NCBI GenBank assembly: GCA_019058315.1
Contig: JAHPZH010000003.1
Span: forward strand, 169,669-233,668
Length of the DNA: 64,000 bases
Direction of reading: 5' to 3'
Origin: Candidatus Helarchaeota archaeon
Lineage (GTDB): Archaea; Asgardarchaeota; Lokiarchaeia; Helarchaeales; RDOG01
Of the stretch, positions 39,531 to 49,449 are shown one piece after another. The translations under genes were made by a program, and so were the position numbers. Under the pieces are notes generated by a model, which was not told where the DNA came from, made no database searches, and saw nothing but the letters and a program-made list of their open reading frames with translations. Each line of letters begins with the position of its first letter. Position 1 is the first letter of the stretch.

Positions 39531-39581
39531 TTACGATTTAAAAAAATAACTATTATTTAACAATTTTGAAATTACCCTTTT

Positions 39582-39685
39582 CCTTAACTCTAAATTTTTT
39601 AAATAATATTTAATTAAATTATATTGTAATATTTTATATTTTATAAAAACAATTGAAGTACTTCTTTGAAATATTTCGGGGGTTT
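39582..39685 (+). promoter_or_regulatory. Conserved upstream/promoter block of TM-RING paralog B
   Basis: Homologous to 38079-38175. Confidence 0.65.
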
Positions 39686-39734
39686 GATTAAATATTAATT
39701 TTAATCCCACTCAATAACTTCATGATGATAAAAA

Positions 39735-40586
39735 TTGTCAAATAAAAGTATAAAAAATATAAGTTATGGAATTTTATACATTAATACTTATTTAACCTAC
39801 CTCTTATTTGTGGCATTTTTAACGTTAAGATCGTATAATAGGATTCGAAATCCTCAAAGTGTTGTATATTTGATTGGTATCATAGGTTTATTAATTTCCA
39901 CAATATTTCTTCTTTGTGGCTGTGATAATAAAAGAAGAAATATATTCTACTTTGGTTTAGGATTATTGGTTTTGGTCTCAATATTTTTAATAGTAAACGG
40001 AATCTTTATTTCTAATATTTATCCTAGTATATCAAGAATTCAAATTATATTATCTATTATAGCCTTAATTATTGCTTTTATCAGCTTTATTTTAAATAAA
40101 TATCAATGGGCAAGTGATTTATCTTATATAGAAGATAGACAGGATTATATTCCGATATCGAGATCTGGAGAAATTCGAAATCGTCCTTTTCCATATCATG
40201 AAATTAATACTGTTAAATCTGAAATAAATTTTAGATCAAAATACTTAATTTGTGATATATGCAATCATAAAAACGATATTTCCAATATCGTTTGTGCATC
40301 TTGTAATACAAAATTTAATAGATGTCCGATATGTAAACACCCGATTAGCAAAGAAGATTTAGTATTTTGCCCATTTTGTAATTCATCTTTTCATAAAACT
40401 GAATTTCTTGAATGGTTAAAAATTTATGCTAATTGTCCCCGTTGTAAAAAAGAATTAGATATGTGGGAATTTCAAAAGTATTTAGAGGAAAGTAAAAGTG
40501 AGTTATCTCAGATTCAATGTTCTGCATGTAAAAAATTAATACCAATTGATTGTAAGTATTGTATCTTTTGTGGAGCTAGGATCTAA
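39735..40586 (+). CDS. Membrane-anchored ZnF-RING-ZnF protein, paralog B (putative E3 ligase)
   Basis: 4 TM segments; CDIC..CASC; CPIC..CPFC..FHKTEFLEW..CPRC; CSAC..CIFC. Confidence 0.8.
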   Translation: MSNKSIKNISYGILYINTYLTYLLFVAFLTLRSYNRIRNPQSVVYLIGIIGLLISTIFLLCGCDNKRRNIFYFGLGLLVLVSIFLIVNGIFISNIYPSISRIQIILSIIALIIAFISFILNKYQWASDLSYIEDRQDYIPISRSGEIRNRPFPYHEINTVKSEINFRSKYLICDICNHKNDISNIVCASCNTKFNRCPICKHPISKEDLVFCPFCNSSFHKTEFLEWLKIYANCPRCKKELDMWEFQKYLEESKSELSQIQCSACKKLIPIDCKYCIFCGARI

Positions 40587-40654
40587 AAATATTATTATAA
40601 TATGTATTTCTTACCTAAAAACCAATTAGATGGTTTATTATAAGATTCAACTTT

Positions 40655-43303
40655 TCAGCAGATTTGTTTATAAATGGGTGTAGTATCTATTAAAACAATT
40701 AATAAGCACTTATTTAGTTGGAAGAGGTCTTTTGTAATATTCTCATCCAGTTTTTGAATTAAAGTTATCAAATCTCCTTTTGAATCTTCAACAAATGATA
40801 TATTACTTTGGTAATCTTGTTTAATGGATTCTGCAGTTTCTGTATTTATCAAGACAACACTGACAAAATGTTTCTTAATAGACACACGATATTTCTCTTG
40901 GAAATTAACTTTGATTTTATTTTCTAGCAATTCAATTGATTCAACTTTAGCTTTAACAGGGTTTATAGCAGGACCTTTAGCCTTTTCTAGACGATAAGTA
41001 CCAGCAGTCATAAAATTATTATCTTTGTTTTTAACGTTCATCAAATCCAAAATAGGACCGAATAGTGGAATATCTGTAACTGGTGTTTCAAAATAAGCTG
41101 TCGCACCCGTTTTTAATTCTTTTCTTTCATTGAATTGTCCAGATATTTTTAATAATTTGAAGGGCATTCCTACTCCTGCCCAATCTAATCTGAAACCGGA
41201 TGCGAATATCGAAAAAGTTCCATCATCATCATAAGTCAGATCGAGAGGAAATCGAAATGGTGTACTTGAAGGTTGAGCAATTACTTTATAAGAAGCTGGG
41301 CGAGGATCAGAATCACGTTCTATGCCTGTAATTTTTTCTCCCATCATACACCAGAATATATATCGCTGTTTATTTGGATCATGATAAACGGGTGAGGCAA
41401 TCAAGTAAACATCATCCATTGCAATTATTGATAAGTTCATTATTAGGGCTTCTTGCCAAGGAAAAATATTTCTCAAGACAAAAATGTCCCCAGGTTTCTG
41501 TGCTTCGGCATCACCAATTTGAATTAGCAGTTCATTTTTTGGTTTAATTGGCGTAGAATGAGCTGTTTTGAAAGTGAAATTAGTGTCAAATTTCCCTTCG
41601 GCTTTTTTACCACGCCAATATCGATCAAGTCTAACGGATCTCCAGCCATATTTTTTAGGAATAATATAATTACCGGTAATTTGAAGTGTGTAGGTTTCAC
41701 CAGGTTGAAGAAATTCCATTGGGACGATATTTATATAGCGTGCATCTGTTGAAATTTGAATGTGCATTTTAAATTCAATATCAGATTTCACTTCAACGTT
41801 TTCAATTCGTACATCTTGTAATTGACCTTTTTTGGTTACTATTAGACGGAAAAAAAGTGTATCAGACCGTCCAAGAGGTTGTTCAGCTTTAATATCATAT
41901 TTATCTTTATCAGTTCTTTTCAATTCTTCTAAAATTGGATGCCCTCCAGGACTAACACGAACAATATATATTCCATCTTCTGGCCAATCAGGGGTAGGAT
42001 TAAAGTTACAACGCAGATCTTGATGAGCTTTTTTAGATTCCATGTAAGAGAATGGAATATAATACAAATTTCCATTTTGATTAGATGCATATATTCCGCT
42101 TGGTGAGAGTGCAATCGAAGAAGGGACAAAATGATAGCGATCTAATTCATCAAATTCTTCGGATGCATTAAATTGATGACAATCAAAGCTCCAAATGCGG
42201 TTCCCATCTTTTCCAGATAATTTGTATATGTTTCCATCTCCACTTGCAATATATACATTATCATCTTGGTCCAAAACACACCCACACCGATTCGGTCCAA
42301 GAGTGGGAAAGGACCATTTCATTTTTCCTGTTTCTGCGTCTAACGCATAGACAATTCCATCGGAGGAAGAAACAATAACTGTGGATCCGTCATGTGTCAC
42401 TGTTGCTGATGACCATACATCACTCTTTGTATGGAATCTCCATTTAACTCTTTGATCTTCAGGAAGATCTTTTTCACTTCTAAAACAGTAAATATTATTA
42501 TTTCCTGACCCGATAACAACGCTACCATCATCAAGAATTGTGGGTGACGCACCTGCCATTCCATAAATAGGATATTCCCATCTTAATTCTCCATTATCGT
42601 CTACACTGCGAAAATATGTATCTAAACATCCAAAATAATGGTCACCTTCTGGGGCAAATCCAGTCGGAGACCCACTCCATATTTGATTACGAGTCATAAA
42701 CTCTGGAACAGCACGTTTCATAGTTTCAGGATCAATTTGGTAAAAAGCAAAATCATCACAAGGTGCTAATAAACGTCCAGTTCCAGAAAATGTAAAATCA
42801 GATTCAAACCAATTACATTTTGGAACACCCATAAATTTTTCGTCTATATAATGATCAGTAGCTTCAAAGGCTCCTATAATTTCTCCAGTTTGGCAGTCTA
42901 CTTTACGGGCGAAACCATCTGCTCCTGGGAAAAAAACATAATCTTTTTCTTGTCCAGTTTTTGGATCTGTCCTTCTGGCTATTACGGCTGCATCGTCAAT
43001 AACATTGTCTGTTTTAAATTTCCATTTTAAAGATCCATCTGGATTAATGGCATAAAAATAAGTATCAGCAGAACCTAAATATATGGTGCCGTCTGCACCT
43101 ATAACTGGAGCACAAGTAATTGCCTTACCGGTTTTAAATGCCCATGGCTTGTCCGGAAATTTTATATTCTTTGAAAAAATTTTATCTTTCCAATTCGGAG
43201 CTCTACCAGTATTTCGTATATCTGCTCTTAAACTCGGCCAAAATGCTTTTTCATCTAAACGCCAATAGGGTGATTTTAACTTTTTTTTTTTCATCTTTAT
43301 CAA
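40655..43303 (-). CDS. PQQ-like (BamB-type) beta-propeller repeat protein with a large C-terminal region
   Basis: Repeated DGSLKWKF, GELRWEY, TGKMKWSF and DGNRIWSF blades; no obvious signal peptide. Confidence 0.8.
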   Translation of the reverse strand: MIKMKKKKLKSPYWRLDEKAFWPSLRADIRNTGRAPNWKDKIFSKNIKFPDKPWAFKTGKAITCAPVIGADGTIYLGSADTYFYAINPDGSLKWKFKTDNVIDDAAVIARRTDPKTGQEKDYVFFPGADGFARKVDCQTGEIIGAFEATDHYIDEKFMGVPKCNWFESDFTFSGTGRLLAPCDDFAFYQIDPETMKRAVPEFMTRNQIWSGSPTGFAPEGDHYFGCLDTYFRSVDDNGELRWEYPIYGMAGASPTILDDGSVVIGSGNNNIYCFRSEKDLPEDQRVKWRFHTKSDVWSSATVTHDGSTVIVSSSDGIVYALDAETGKMKWSFPTLGPNRCGCVLDQDDNVYIASGDGNIYKLSGKDGNRIWSFDCHQFNASEEFDELDRYHFVPSSIALSPSGIYASNQNGNLYYIPFSYMESKKAHQDLRCNFNPTPDWPEDGIYIVRVSPGGHPILEELKRTDKDKYDIKAEQPLGRSDTLFFRLIVTKKGQLQDVRIENVEVKSDIEFKMHIQISTDARYINIVPMEFLQPGETYTLQITGNYIIPKKYGWRSVRLDRYWRGKKAEGKFDTNFTFKTAHSTPIKPKNELLIQIGDAEAQKPGDIFVLRNIFPWQEALIMNLSIIAMDDVYLIASPVYHDPNKQRYIFWCMMGEKITGIERDSDPRPASYKVIAQPSSTPFRFPLDLTYDDDGTFSIFASGFRLDWAGVGMPFKLLKISGQFNERKELKTGATAYFETPVTDIPLFGPILDLMNVKNKDNNFMTAGTYRLEKAKGPAINPVKAKVESIELLENKIKVNFQEKYRVSIKKHFVSVVLINTETAESIKQDYQSNISFVEDSKGDLITLIQKLDENITKDLFQLNKCLLIVLIDTTPIYKQIC

Positions 43304-43326
43304 AAAATAAGGGAGATTGAGGAATT

Positions 43327-43794
43327 CTAAACAATTACGATTTGATTGATTTTATCCCCTTTTTGAATGGCATCAACAACGTCTTGACCTTCAGTAACTT
43401 GACCAAAAACCGTGTGGACTCCATCCAGCCAATCTGTAGCTTTATGTGTTATGTAAAATTGCGCTCCATTCGAACAAGTTCCAGCAACTTTTCTTCCAGA
43501 AGGCTCATGTTTACATGTTCCAGCATGCGCCATAGCTAAACTACCGCGTTTATGTTTGATTTCTGGCTTGATTTCACATTCATTTTGGATTCCATCAGGA
43601 TGACCACCCATACCTGTTCCATGCATACATCCAGATTGAATCATGAAATCTGGGATAACCCTATGAAAAATTAGACCATTATAAAATCCTCTTTGGACAA
43701 GATCAAGGAAATTTTTTACGGTATTGGGAGTAGAGGTATCAAATAATTGAATTTTTATATCGCCTTTTGTTGTTTTAATAATCACATCTGTCAT
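43327..43794 (-). CDS. Cyclophilin-type peptidyl-prolyl cis-trans isomerase
   Basis: FYNGLIFHRVIPDFMIQ, GSLAMAHAG, QFYITH and WLDGVHTVFGQV. Confidence 0.95.
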   Translation of the reverse strand: MTDVIIKTTKGDIKIQLFDTSTPNTVKNFLDLVQRGFYNGLIFHRVIPDFMIQSGCMHGTGMGGHPDGIQNECEIKPEIKHKRGSLAMAHAGTCKHEPSGRKVAGTCSNGAQFYITHKATDWLDGVHTVFGQVTEGQDVVDAIQKGDKINQIVIV

Positions 43795-43867
43795 GAATTT
43801 CTACATCCATCAAAATTTTTAAATTATAACAATTTTTTTTAATTATTAACATTTTACATTTATTAAT

Positions 43868-44740
43868 TTGGTGTTTTTATTGAAAGCTTTAATAATTTAT
43901 TTCTCTCAAACTGGTGGAACTGAAAAAATTGCAAAACAAATACAGAAGGGAATTCTGAAAAGTGGCAATGAATGCGAAATGGTTCGAATCAAAGATGCAA
44001 AAAATAAAAAATTAGTTGATTTTGACTTAATTGGTTTAGGTTGTCCAACTTTTTATTACCGAGAACCTCTAAGTGTAAAATTATTCATACAAAATATAGA
44101 TAATGCAAATGGGAAACATTGTTTCATTTTTTGTACACATGGTTCTGTTATTGGTAATACATTTTATTATATGAACGAAGAATTGAATAAAAAGGGTTAT
44201 TTGGTTATAGGGGCATTTGATTCTTATTCTGAATCCTCCATTCAATTTTATCCCCAACCAATGCACACTGCTAAACATCCTGATGATATAGAACTTAGAG
44301 AAGCTGAGGAATTTGGTCAAAAGATATGTAACACCAGTCTAAGAATACAAAAGGGAGAAAAAAAACTAATTCCAAATTTTGAAGAAATTGAGAATACATG
44401 GTGGGCAAGAGACTCAAAGCTAGCGACACCTGAAGCATTAAGATCAATGACTCCTAAATTTATAATTAATATTGAAAAATGTACAAAATGTTTAACATGT
44501 CAAGACAATTGCCCTGGAGATGCTATTGACGTTGAAGCCGATCCACCAGAAATTCAAAAAGAAGGATGTATTTTTTGCTGGTTTTGTGAAAAATTATGCC
44601 CAGAAGAAGCTATTGAAGCAGATTGGACTTCAGCAAGAAAATTATTTAAGGGAAATTTGAGGAGATATATAAAGGAATTAAAAAAAGCTGAGGAACAAGG
44701 AAAATTTAGACCATATGTGGATTATGAAAAAATAAAATAG
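43868..44740 (+). CDS. Flavodoxin-like domain plus 2x[4Fe-4S] ferredoxin (EFR1-type)
   Basis: YFSQTGGTEKIA; CTKCLTCQDNCP; CIFCWFCEKLCP. Confidence 0.88.
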   Translation: MVFLLKALIIYFSQTGGTEKIAKQIQKGILKSGNECEMVRIKDAKNKKLVDFDLIGLGCPTFYYREPLSVKLFIQNIDNANGKHCFIFCTHGSVIGNTFYYMNEELNKKGYLVIGAFDSYSESSIQFYPQPMHTAKHPDDIELREAEEFGQKICNTSLRIQKGEKKLIPNFEEIENTWWARDSKLATPEALRSMTPKFIINIEKCTKCLTCQDNCPGDAIDVEADPPEIQKEGCIFCWFCEKLCPEEAIEADWTSARKLFKGNLRRYIKELKKAEEQGKFRPYVDYEKIK

Positions 44741-44755
44741 AATTTTTTAATCCAT

Positions 44756-45277
44756 TCATTTTTTTTGTTCAATATTACAAACTTGTTGAAAAATAATATC
44801 CCATAGTTCTCTTTCATTTAAATTATAATATCGTTTCATAACAAATGGAAAAAATATTCCCATACCAACTAAATATATTCCTACTATAAGGCATTCCAAG
44901 CTTGTTAGAAATAAACTTAAGTATTTTGTGTTGTTGATATTTTTAAATACCATATATATAAAAATCATCCCTATTACAAAAAGTATTGATGTAATTAGAT
45001 TAATTAAATATAATTGTTTTTTATTGAAACTTATTTTAATGTCTGTTTTTAGGGTTCCTTCTAATAATATTTTCCCACTAAAAGTGAAATTTTCATTCCA
45101 TCCGAAAATTCCCTTATATTTAATTTTATTCCAACTAAATTTAATTTCATCCTTATTTTGTTCCAATTTATTATGTTTGATATTATAAATTCTATCAATT
45201 TGTTGTAAGGCAAGCCAGATTTCCCCAAAACAAGTCTCTCTCTGCTTATTTACTGAATTTGAATACAAAATAATCAT
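44756..45277 (-). CDS. Hypothetical 2-TM membrane protein
   Basis: Soluble N-domain followed by two hydrophobic helices. Confidence 0.55.
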   Translation of the reverse strand: MIILYSNSVNKQRETCFGEIWLALQQIDRIYNIKHNKLEQNKDEIKFSWNKIKYKGIFGWNENFTFSGKILLEGTLKTDIKISFNKKQLYLINLITSILFVIGMIFIYMVFKNINNTKYLSLFLTSLECLIVGIYLVGMGIFFPFVMKRYYNLNERELWDIIFQQVCNIEQKK

Positions 45278-45463
45278 TCTACTGAATAGATTAAAATTTT
45301 ATGTTTCCCATGATGATAATCTTTTTTATAATTTAAATAAATTTACATTCTGGAATATAACAGAAAAAGGATTTTAATTGTATAATATTTTTTAATAGAG
45401 GGTAAATTCAATAACATAAATAGAACTATTTTAATATAAAAAACATTAAAAAAGCTTTTATGA

Positions 45464-46255
45464 TTAGATTTTAGATTTCCATTGGTCTACTTTTTTCCTA
45501 AATGCATCTATTGAGCTGGAGTCCATAGGAAGATCGGGAGCATGTTTTAATTTACCGCTAACTGTTCCAATATCTCGAATTATTGAAGAAAAGCCTATTA
45601 ATTCTGCAAGATCATCCCTAATATTTTCTAATATTTTTTGTAAATCATGAGTGGTTGTTTCTTCAGTAATTTGAGATTTGAGATTTTCAAGCATTGTTAA
45701 AGCTTCTGTATTTTGTTCTTTAGGTTCTAGTGCTTTAGGTTTAGGTTTTGCTTCGGGCTTTGGGGGTGGTGGAGGAGTTCTGGGTTTGAACTTCGAAGCA
45801 CCAGCTCGTTTTTTTAACACATCAACACTACTATAACGAGAGATTGTAGCAGATGTCGCAGTTTCACTTTTTATAGAAGGAGTACTTTCTTCAGAAAAAA
45901 TACTTACTGTTGTTGGAGCAGCAGTTGCTTCAACTGATGAAGGTTGTTTTTCTTTAGGACTAGTTAAAACATCTGTTAAACTAACCTTTGCCTCTGTAGG
46001 TCTTGCTGTGCTTACTGCTTTTTTTGTTGTACTTATAGGCTTAGAAATCTTTCCCCCTTTTAAATTCAGAATTTCTTGTTCTAATTCAGAAATTCTCTTT
46101 TCTTGATCAAGGATTATATTAATCAATTCTCTTGAAGATTTTCGTTGTTTTTTTTCTAAATCTAAAAGTAAATCATTGATTTCATCGTTTAGATCTATAA
46201 TTTTTTTTATTTCGTCCTTTGTCATTTTTAGATCCTTATTAACCAAATCAACCAT
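45464..46255 (-). CDS. Coiled-coil, Ser/Thr/Pro-rich linker and helical C-domain protein
   Basis: N-terminal heptads, low-complexity middle containing TPPPPPKP, helical C-terminus. Confidence 0.7.
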   Translation of the reverse strand: MVDLVNKDLKMTKDEIKKIIDLNDEINDLLLDLEKKQRKSSRELINIILDQEKRISELEQEILNLKGGKISKPISTTKKAVSTARPTEAKVSLTDVLTSPKEKQPSSVEATAAPTTVSIFSEESTPSIKSETATSATISRYSSVDVLKKRAGASKFKPRTPPPPPKPEAKPKPKALEPKEQNTEALTMLENLKSQITEETTTHDLQKILENIRDDLAELIGFSSIIRDIGTVSGKLKHAPDLPMDSSSIDAFRKKVDQWKSKI

Positions 46256-46422
46256 TTAATTAATATTTTACTAGAACTTATTCTTGATTTTAATTTTAGA
46301 TGTATAATTTAATGAATAATGCATATTTTTATTAAGAATTAAAATTAAATTTTAATTTTATAATATCATAATAAATTTGAAGCATGGGATAAGGCAGATT
46401 TGATATCAAGAGGTTAATTAAT

Positions 46423-47793
46423 TTGCAGAATTCTGAAATTAAAAGTACAAAAACTTCTTATGAAGATAAAACCGAGCTAATTACTCACGTAGGAATGATT
46501 TCACATCATGGATATTTTGCGGGTGATCCTCAATTAGGGAAAGTAGATACAGGAGGTCAAGTTGTATTTGTTTTAGAACTTAGTAAATATCTTCATGAAG
46601 TTTGCGATATGAAAGTTACAATATTCACTAGATTATTTAATGAAGACGAATCTCCAATTCATGCTAAGGTACTGGAACCTGTAAGTGAGGGTGTAAAAAT
46701 AGTTAGAATAGCTGATAAAATGAGCAAAAAAGGTTTTATTAGAAAGGAAGATTTATACCCTTATCTCTCCGAAACAGCTGAAAATATTGTGAAATGGATA
46801 AATAACAATGAAAAAATAGATATTATTCATTCCCATTATGTTGATGGGGGCATTTTAGGGGAGCAAGTTTCTAGGCAGCTTAATCTACCTTGGGCACATA
46901 ATTCCCATTCACTCGGAAGGGTTAAACGTGATGCATTTGTAAAGAAATTAAAAGACCAAGATGAAATAGAAGAAATTGATAAACACTTTAACTTCGATTT
47001 ACGCTTTAAAAATGAAGAAATGATTTATGAAAAATGTCATCAGATTTTTGCAGAATCTCTAGATGAAAAAACGAAATTATTGAAATATTATGGTCAAAAA
47101 TATGATGGAAAAACTGCAATAATTCCACCTGGAGTGAACATGGAAGTTTGGCATCCAAATCCAGTTAATAAGGACGAACATCCATTAAATAGTCTATTCT
47201 CGGTAAAGGATCATCGTTATGTTTTTTCCGTATCCAGAATAGATCCTAGAAAAGGTTTGGACTTGCTGATAGAAGCAACACCACTTCTTAGAGAAAAAAT
47301 TGATGAAGATATAAAAATAGTAATTGGTGGTGGTTCAAAAAAAGGAAGAACTTTAAAGCCATATGAAAAATCCCTACATGAGTTAGCCGCAGAAATTGAT
47401 CCTGATAAAGAATTTATCTATCTTACTGGTTATATTCCAGATGAGGATATTTTAGATTATTATAATGCAAGTGAAGTTTTTGTATTGCCAGCAAGATGGG
47501 AATTATTTGGAATTACGATGTTGGAAGCAATGGCTTGTGAAAAACCTGTCATAGTAACTAAATTTGGAGGACCAGCATCGATTATCGAAGATGGTTTTAA
47601 CGGTATATTAGTTGATCCAACGAATAAAGAAGAACTGTCATCGAAAATAATCAAGGTCTTAAATGATAGAGAATTAGCAAATAAATTGGGAAAAAATGCT
47701 TTAAAAACGATAATAAAAAAATATTCATGGTCTCATGTTGCTCAAGAATATTATAATTGTTATTTACAAACGACTAAATCATTTTATAAATAA
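46423..47793 (+). CDS. GT4 glycosyltransferase, sucrose-phosphate/mannosylfructose-phosphate synthase-like
   Basis: LGKVDTGGQVVFV, HSHYVDGG, HSLGRVK, SRIDPRKG and ELFGITMLEAMAC. Confidence 0.85.
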   Translation: MQNSEIKSTKTSYEDKTELITHVGMISHHGYFAGDPQLGKVDTGGQVVFVLELSKYLHEVCDMKVTIFTRLFNEDESPIHAKVLEPVSEGVKIVRIADKMSKKGFIRKEDLYPYLSETAENIVKWINNNEKIDIIHSHYVDGGILGEQVSRQLNLPWAHNSHSLGRVKRDAFVKKLKDQDEIEEIDKHFNFDLRFKNEEMIYEKCHQIFAESLDEKTKLLKYYGQKYDGKTAIIPPGVNMEVWHPNPVNKDEHPLNSLFSVKDHRYVFSVSRIDPRKGLDLLIEATPLLREKIDEDIKIVIGGGSKKGRTLKPYEKSLHELAAEIDPDKEFIYLTGYIPDEDILDYYNASEVFVLPARWELFGITMLEAMACEKPVIVTKFGGPASIIEDGFNGILVDPTNKEELSSKIIKVLNDRELANKLGKNALKTIIKKYSWSHVAQEYYNCYLQTTKSFYK

Positions 47794-47855
47794 TTGATTA
47801 ACTTATAATAGAATTTACAATTGATATATTTAATGAGGTTAATCAACTGGAATGG

Positions 47856-49427
47856 TTGTCAGAAGTCAAACAAGGAAAATATAAAGGAATTAAACAAGCC
47901 GCATTATATTATGAGAAAAGTTTTAAGAATCCAGAATTTAAAAAAATAACCATTGAGGAATTATTAAAAAAAATTGGCTCATCTATAATTGATGAACGTA
48001 TTGATGCTTCTTGGATGCTACTTAAAATCATTAATTGCCATCCATTAACACTTTTTGAGAATATTTCAAAGTTAAATTTTTTTTTAAAGGATGAAAGTAA
48101 AGAAGTTGTTCGGAATATAGCGAAAATTATTGAATTTTTAGCATATAAAGACCCTGTAAAAATCGCCACTTCGATTCCTAATCTTGTCGACTTGTTGGAT
48201 GACGAAGATACACAATTAAGATTCATTGCTTCACTTATTTTTAAAGCAATCTCACGTAAATATGATAAAATAATCCAAATTCCAAAATTATTGAATTTAC
48301 TTTATGATGTAAATGAAAAAACTCGTTTAAATGCTGTTAACACATTAATTGAAGTAACAGATGAGCATTTAGATAAGATTCTAGCGACATTATATCAGCT
48401 ATTAAATGACAAGAGATATCAAGCGGAAGTAATTGATATTATTTTTAAAATTTCTTCAAAATATCCAGAAAAAACTGTAATTTCACTTATTCCACATTTA
48501 AAAAATAAAAATAATACCATTCGGCGATTTACACTTGTGTTTCTAAATAATTTTGGTGGGAAAAATTTAGATTATTTAAAAAAAGCTATTCCTCAATTAA
48601 TTAAAATTTTACAAGATAAAGTTCGTAATAATCGAATATTAGTGAGTAATCTACTATTAAAGATTAGTCAAGATCACGGTCAAGATTTTAAAGATGACCT
48701 TCCAAAATTGCTTGAAAGTTTTAAAAAAGAAAAAGGTGATATTCAACTAAATATTTCAGCAATTTTAATTAATATTAATAGATATTACCCAGATCAAATA
48801 AAAATTATTTCAGAAATCTCAAAGAAATTGGAAAAGATTTCTAAATCATCAAATTTTAAAAAATCAAGTATTGCTAGAGAAAATTTAAGTACTATTTTAA
48901 AATGGAATGACGATTATGGTCCAGCCATAAAAATATGTCAAGAATTTATCCAAAAACATCCTTTAGAAGAAAATTTTAATTTATTGATAAACATAGCACA
49001 AATTTATCACATAATTGGAGATTTTAAGAATGCAATTCGTTATTTTTTAGAAGCATCAAGATCTTCAGATGCATATTTCAGATTATTATCTTTAATTATG
49101 TTATCATATGACTATATTCTTCAACATTTTTTCAAGGACGCATCAAAATTCTTAAAAAAAACAAATGAACAATATGAAAAATTAAGTGATTTATTATCTT
49201 TAAAACGAAATCAGCAAATTACCCTCATGATTTCATATATTAAAGAATTAATTCAATTCGATTTTAACAAAGCCAGGGAATATCTAACGAAACTTTCAAA
49301 TTTAAATAATTTTACTCATAAATGGGAAAAACGAGCTATAAAGAATGAATTTCAGAATTTATTTGATATTGAACAACATTACAAAATATATATAGCAAAA
49401 TCTTCAAAAAATAATAAAGTTTTATAA
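47856..49427 (+). CDS. HEAT-repeat protein with C-terminal TPR-like repeats
   Basis: LKDESKEVVRN, LLDDEDTQLRF, LYDVNEKTRLNA; NIAQIYHIIGDFKNAIRYF. Confidence 0.8.
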   Translation: MSEVKQGKYKGIKQAALYYEKSFKNPEFKKITIEELLKKIGSSIIDERIDASWMLLKIINCHPLTLFENISKLNFFLKDESKEVVRNIAKIIEFLAYKDPVKIATSIPNLVDLLDDEDTQLRFIASLIFKAISRKYDKIIQIPKLLNLLYDVNEKTRLNAVNTLIEVTDEHLDKILATLYQLLNDKRYQAEVIDIIFKISSKYPEKTVISLIPHLKNKNNTIRRFTLVFLNNFGGKNLDYLKKAIPQLIKILQDKVRNNRILVSNLLLKISQDHGQDFKDDLPKLLESFKKEKGDIQLNISAILININRYYPDQIKIISEISKKLEKISKSSNFKKSSIARENLSTILKWNDDYGPAIKICQEFIQKHPLEENFNLLINIAQIYHIIGDFKNAIRYFLEASRSSDAYFRLLSLIMLSYDYILQHFFKDASKFLKKTNEQYEKLSDLLSLKRNQQITLMISYIKELIQFDFNKAREYLTKLSNLNNFTHKWEKRAIKNEFQNLFDIEQHYKIYIAKSSKNNKVL

Positions 49428-49449
49428 AAACAAAAATGTTGTGAGAGTC

